Assembly: GCA_009914755.4 (NCBI GenBank) | Contig: CP068257.2 | Coordinates: forward strand, 19,264,001 to 19,328,000 | Direction of reading: 5' to 3' | DNA length: 64,000 nt | Origin: the human T2T-CHM13v2.0 reference genome, Homo sapiens | Shown here: piece by piece, positions 56,109 through 64,000 of the stretch | How the letters are laid out: each line of letters begins with the position of its first letter | Numbering within the stretch: position 1 is the stretch's first letter | Made by a program: the position numbers and the translations under genes | The notes under the pieces: generated by a model | Database searches by the model: none | Told to the model about the DNA's origin: nothing | The model's input: the letters and a program-made list of their open reading frames with translations, nothing else

Positions 56109-56807
56109 AGAGATCATAGATATTAAGGATCTGATCATTTCTGAGGAGTCATAAAGTATCATCTCCATGTAGATAGATTTATTCAAATACAAGTAAAATA
56201 TATTTTACCTAGTGGAAAAATGGCCTATGTATACGTTGTCCAATATGTTAGTAGTTATGTGTGATTATTAAATTAAATTATTGAAAATTAAATAAAATGT
56301 AAAAATCAATTTCTCAGTTGCACAAATGACATCTCAAGCACTCAATAGCTATATATGGCTAGTGGCTACTGTATTGGAGAGGATCAATTATAGAACAGTT
56401 CTGTCACTGCAGAAAGCTCTATTAGATAGTGGTGGTCTTGTTAGAAAAAAACATACATCACTTTCATTTAGTAATCAGGTGGTAGATTCTAATATTCTAG
56501 TATAGAAACAGTTTTAAAATTTTTATCATTTAAATTTCTACTCATTCATTAATACTATACATTGTGCATTGTGGTGGAGAAAAGGAAGAGAAAAGTGGGA
56601 CGTAGTGATATTATGATATATAAATCCAATAACCTCCATTCATCTTTATGCGCATGAAATAAAGTATGTGTTGTATACCTGGGATACTAATAAAATTTTC
56701 TAAAAATCTATGGCTTTTGTTAAAAAAATATCTAGAGAAGTGGTTAGGACAATACTGTCACTTAATAAACACTTCTGTCTCTTTAATTTTTAAAACAAAC
56801 AAAAAAA

Positions 56808-59445
<2,638 letters not shown>

Positions 59446-62400
59446 ACGAAATGCCCTTAAGATGGCATGAAAAAAATAAAAACAATGAAACTAATATCAC
59501 ATACATGACAGTATAAGGATCAAATATTCATTCTATAAAAGTGCTTTTCTTCTATGTGATTTGCTACATTTTCATACTGTTTGTGCATTAAGCTTATGGT
59601 TAGAAAAACAAAATAATTTAAACTAATGTAAAAGGATTATGTATTATTCTTACTAAAATTGATTTAATGACCTAAAACATCCTTCTTTACTTGAGATTTT
59701 TCTTTATTAGTTTCAGCATTTTATCTAAACCTAGTATCTGCTCCATTATTAAACTGCTTGATGTAGCTTATATCTAACTACCTAAAGACACTTTCATACT
59801 TAGAAATTCTCTTTTCAAAATGCAAGACACTGAGGTTGTACAGTAATTTCAATCTGGCTGCTCATTGCCACATTTATGAAGATTTCAGCACTATTTTTAT
59901 TAGTATGTCCTGGCCTGCTAAAATAGCTAGGCAAATTTTTCTTGATATTTGAGATGATGACATGCTTTCCGTTCTCCTGGTTTAGGTGAAAAAGTAAAGG
60001 GCAGTAGAAAAGGCATAGCGATTATCCTGTTGTCTGTATGCGCGCACACACACACATTACATATGTAAAATATTTTTTTCTTTTTTATGTTTAATGTGTT
60101 ACAACCTTGGAGGACTGAATGTATTTTTCTCCTGTCTTGTCAGTGTCTAGTTATCCTAGTGTTATTACAATGAATAACACTTAAGTCACTAGCCTATTGA
60201 AATCATCGTTCAACATAGTTTTAACAAATCCTTGAAAAATAGTGACCTTAATCGTTGGATGAATTGCTAACTTTAAACTCAAATTGTTTTCATAAGAACA
60301 CTTGCTGGGTTTGTTGAGTGTTCTGCTTTCACATCACTGGCATCTTAACTTTCTGCAATTGGAAATTATGTGGGTAGGTGATGCATCGCCCTTGTCACCT
60401 CTATCCACACTGAGGTTTTTCTTCTCATGTTATCATTTGTCTTCATTCTTCAAGACAGTTCTTTATCCAAGTAGCTGTCTTTCACTTCTCTCCATAACGG
60501 TTGACCTTGTAGATTTAGTTTTCAATCTGGTCATTTAGGAAACGATTCGTACTGTAGGAAAATTATGTCCCCAATTTTCTCTGACAACTGTATTATTTTA
60601 TCAAGCAAAGCACTATCAGGTTTGTCAGATGTGCCCGTCTTCCTGTGATTCAGGCTGACTTTCTTTAAACGATTTATCACTCTCTGAATGATCTGTGTTC
60701 TCAACTCTGATCAGCATTTCCTGTTATTTTCAGTGTACCTAAATTCTGACAGAAAATAAAGCTTTCAATTTCTTTCTAATTGAAAATACTAGATTTTTCT
60801 CAAATAATGTGTTTCTCATATCTCTTGAATTTGTTATTGGAATAACTCTATGTTTTGTTGGCAAAGGGCTTCAGAGTGGATAACACGGTTTCACGTGCAT
60901 TATCTCATTGAGATTTACACTTTTTATATGGGTTACAAGACAGTAGTAAAGGAGGTCTTCAGTTTTGTTAAAAGATGATTTTCAAAAAAAGTCAAAATAA
61001 TTTTCAGAAAAAAATACGTAAAATGAACCCGTGTTAAAAATGTTATTCAATTTAATGAAGACATCACTCTTATATTTTGGTTAACTTAAACACTTATATT
61101 TGGTTCAAAAGAGCAACCAAAAGGTAGAAACATTTATAGATTGGGAATATTGAAATGAATTTGTACATAAAGGCAAAGTTGAGTTTTCCACAAAGTGGAA
61201 GAGAAAATTCGAACCTCAACTAGAATCAGCAGAATTTGCATGTTAACTGGCTGTGTACAAATTAGTTATAAAAGAGCTCAAAGACGCGAAAAACTAGAAT
61301 CAGATGACTCAGAAAGGTAAGCTGTAGGTTATTCAAAAAAATATAAAAAACAGTTTTTATAAATTAAAAAGTTGTTCTACAGTTTTTATAAATTAAAGAG
61401 CAATATTTGATAATAATAGTAACTTTCAATTACAGGCATATGGGTATTAATCAAAACAACTACTAATATAGAGTGAATTAAATTTATTGTAAGTTTTTAG
61501 GTCCAAATAAGGTATAAAACAGCCTATAAGTTTTATTTTATTTTATTTTTTCATGAACAGAATTCATGTCCACAATGCGAGTCTAGAAAATGCTCAAGGT
61601 AAGAGCTTTATAAATCATATGCTATGGCATCCTGATGTGTTCCAAATAGGCAAACAGGAGGGCCATGAGAAATTGGTACCCAGAATCTACAGGACACCCT
61701 GGTAGAGCCTAGGGGCAGGCAAAGATGATAGGCTGGTCACCACTAATAACAAGCAATCTACTTTGGGAATCAGAGTGACTCAAAAGAAGCAAAATCTGAG
61801 GTTGCATCCCACGGACCTTGCAGGTGATGCATACGACAGTGTGTGCCTGTGGCTAAGAACTTGCACAATGCTTGCATCTTTTTCAGCAGCTAGTTGCAAC
61901 ACTTGACTCTACCCTTTATAAATAAGAGGCCTATGGAGCTGTGGAGGAGAAGCTGGGGCCCAGGTGCCTAGGCAGTACAGTACGGAACTAAAGGTACAGA
62001 GGGTAGGAGTTGGGGATAGAGGTGGGAAGACAGAAGGGCTAAAACAAATGGTGACCTGAAGTCTGTGTCTTCATATATGTAAGACTTCTCTTCATTTGCA
62101 GCTATTATATTTTTAAGTGGTACACAGTTTAGCATCATGATTATTTCCTTATTACAACATACTCGTTGTTCCTTGTTAATTGCAAAGTTTTGATTTGTAA
62201 AAGTTTGCTTTGATTTGAAAATACTTCAAGTTACATAAAACATTCAAATATGTCTTTAGTGTAGAAGAAAAAGGGAAAAGCTATGAATTGTGTGAATATA
62301 ATTACAAATATTTTACATGGTTCAAAAATATTTCTTGTCAATAGGAATTGTTAAATCACTTCACTGATATATGTCCACTTCACGTGACATTATTAGATCT

Positions 62401-63077
62401 GATTCTTGGATCAATGAGGGTCTGATACATACATTCATCTGTTATGAAAACCTATTACTTTTATTAGTATACACCATGGAATTATAGTGAAGAGTATAGA
62501 CAGAATCTTTCGTCTATAATTTATATCTGTGTGACCCTTGGCAAAACATTTAATATTTATAAGACAGATTTCTCATATGTAAAATGAGAATTAAAATAAT
62601 ACCTGCTTTATAAATTTGTTATGACAATTGAATAAGTAATCCATGTAAAGCACAAGGTAAAGCTTGAAAAACTCTTTGCTCTATGAATTAGATATTTCAT
62701 TTACTTACTTATTTTGTAAATCTCATCTGCTTCAGGGACATGAAGGAGAAGATAGCATTTTACAGACTCCTATGAAAGGACACCTTTTAATCTCTCTCCC
62801 CATTACACTTAGGTGAGTAGTTGATATGAAGATGGACAAAATTAAAATTTAAAAATGTTTGAATAGCTATTTGACAATCATGATATGTAATACACTCACT
62901 ATAATTAAAAAACACACTCTGTAATAAACTGCCAAAATGTTTATTATGAATAATAAAAAGTAACAGAGACACTGATCAATTCCTATTGCTACCAAATCTT
63001 TCTGAAGAGGGAAATGACAAATTTCTGAAATCTCTTCACTTCTAATGCTTTAAAATTGAGCTTTAAAAAAAAGTTTT

Positions 63078-63201
63078 GGCTGGGTGATGTGGCTCACATC
63101 TGTAATCCCAGCACTTTGGGAAGATGAGGCAGGAGAATCTCTTGACCTCAGGAGTTCAAGTTTACAGTGAGCTGTGATCATGCTACTGCACTCCAGCTTG
63201 G
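63078..63201 (+). mobile_element. Alu fragment with a large internal deletion (5' end of left arm joined to 3' end of right arm)
   Basis: GGCTGGGTGATGTGGCTCACATCTGTAATCCCAGCACTTTGGGAAGATGAGGCAGGAGAATCTCTTGACCTCAGGAGTTCAAGTTTACAGTGAGCTGTGATCATGCTACTGCACTCCAGCTTGG is only about 125 bp. It has no poly-A tail; ancient L1-like sequence follows it. Confidence 0.75.
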
Positions 63202-63589
63202 AGGTATAATTGGTACACAAGGAACCAAACCTATCAATGTGTACAATTTGATGAGTTTGAACATATGTAAACACCCATGATATCATTACCACAGTCAAGG
63301 TAACAGACATACACAAACCTCCCAATGTTTCCTTTTATCTCTTTGCTTGGGTGTGTGTGTGTTAAGAACACTTAATATGAGATCTAATTTCCTAACAAAT
63401 TACGACGTGCATAGTACCAAACTGTTAACTATAAGTGCTGTTTATGCAGCAGATCTCTAAAACTCATTTGTCCAGCATAACTAAGACTTTATACCCTTTG
63501 AATAATAACCCCTCATTTTTCCCACTTGCCAGCCCCTGCAACTGCTGTTGCTTCAATGAGTTTGACTATTTTAAATATCACATATAAGT

Positions 63590-64000
63590 AGAATCAAGCA
63601 ATATTAAGTGTGGGCAAGGTGAGGTAACAGAGAAATTGGAACTCTTGTAGAACGTTGGTGATGGGAATGTAAAATGGTGCAGTTGCTATGAAAACAGTAT
63701 GAAAATTCCTCAAAATATTTAAAATAAAATGACTATGTATTCCAGCAATCCCACTTCTAGGTATCTATCTGAAAGAATTAAGATTTGGACTGAAAGAGAT
63801 AATCTGCACTTCCATATTCATTCCAGAACTTTTCACAATAGCCAAGATTTAGAAACAAACCAACTGTCCATCTGCAGATAAATGGATTTTTAAAAAATGT
63901 GGTATATACATAAAATGGAATATTATTCAGTTTTTAAAAAGAAGGAAATCCAGCCATTTGCCCCAACGTGGATGAAACTGAAGGATATTTGCTAAATAAA
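63590..64000 (+). mobile_element. ancient L1 (L1M/L1PB-type) ORF2 C-terminal region, runs off the window end
   Basis: GGAACTCTTGTAGAACGTTGGTGATGGGAATGTAAAATGGTGCAGTTGCTATGAAAACAGTATGAAAATTCCTCAAAATATTTAAAATAAAATGACTATGTATTCCAGCAATCCCACTTCTAGGTATCTATC...AACCAACTGTCCATCTGCAGATAAATGGATTTTTAAAAAATGTGGTATATACATAAAATGGAATATTATTCAGTTTTTAAAAAGAAGGAAATCCAGCCATTTGCCCCAACGTGGATGAAACTGAAGG matches the old-L1 ORF2 tail (GGAACACTCATACATTGCTGGTGGGAATGTAAAATGGTACAGCCACTTTGGAAAACAGTTTGGCAGTTCCTCAAAAAGTTAAACATAGAATTACCATATGACCCAGCAATTCCACTCCTAGGTATATACCC...AATGTGGTATATCCATACAATGGAATATTATTCAGCCATAAAAAGGAATGAAGTACTGATACATGCTACAACATGGATGAACCTTGAAAAC). Confidence 0.6.

Overview
This window is primate (almost certainly human) nuclear DNA, not a prokaryotic locus. 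It is AT-rich (about 36% GC) and packed with interspersed repeats; I found no protein-coding gene, RNA gene, operon, CRISPR array or defence-type system that I can support. All coordinates were counted by hand from the printed sequence, so treat them as accurate to about +/-10 bp.

What I could identify:
- 13 Alu SINE copies or fragments. Several are young AluY copies with perfect poly-A tails and clear target-site duplications (TSDs).
- At least 7 L1 (LINE-1) insertions.
- 3 ERVL-MaLR solo LTRs (THE1/MST-like).
- One unclassified GC-rich LTR-like block.
- A MER5-like hAT DNA-transposon fossil.
- Many microsatellites.

Every ORF in the supplied six-frame track that I examined is repeat-derived or a chance low-complexity frame. 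They fall into Alu frames, L1 ORF1/ORF2 pseudogene pieces and microsatellite frames.

The most interesting structure is mechanistic rather than a new system. Four separate L1 insertions each show the same arrangement on the + strand:
- a poly-T run with a reverse-complemented L1 3' terminus on the left;
- an upstream L1 segment in the opposite (sense) orientation on the right;
- matching TSDs bracketing the pair.
This is the signature of twin-priming 5' inversion during target-primed reverse transcription. One has a full inverted 5' UTR/ORF1/ORF2 arm. Another is a poly-T tail joined directly to a wholly inverted ORF2 fragment.

Other points worth a second look:
- a MaLR-like LTR nested inside an L1 3' end, with a 5 bp TSD;
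- a (CTTT)n microsatellite that clearly grew from an Alu poly-A tail, because both lie inside one TSD pair;
- an Alu with a (GAAAA)n tail;
- an Alu nested in L1 ORF2 with a 15 bp TSD;
- inverted Alu pairs.
I looked for a novel biological system and did not find one; the honest reading is repeat-rich intergenic or deep-intronic human DNA.
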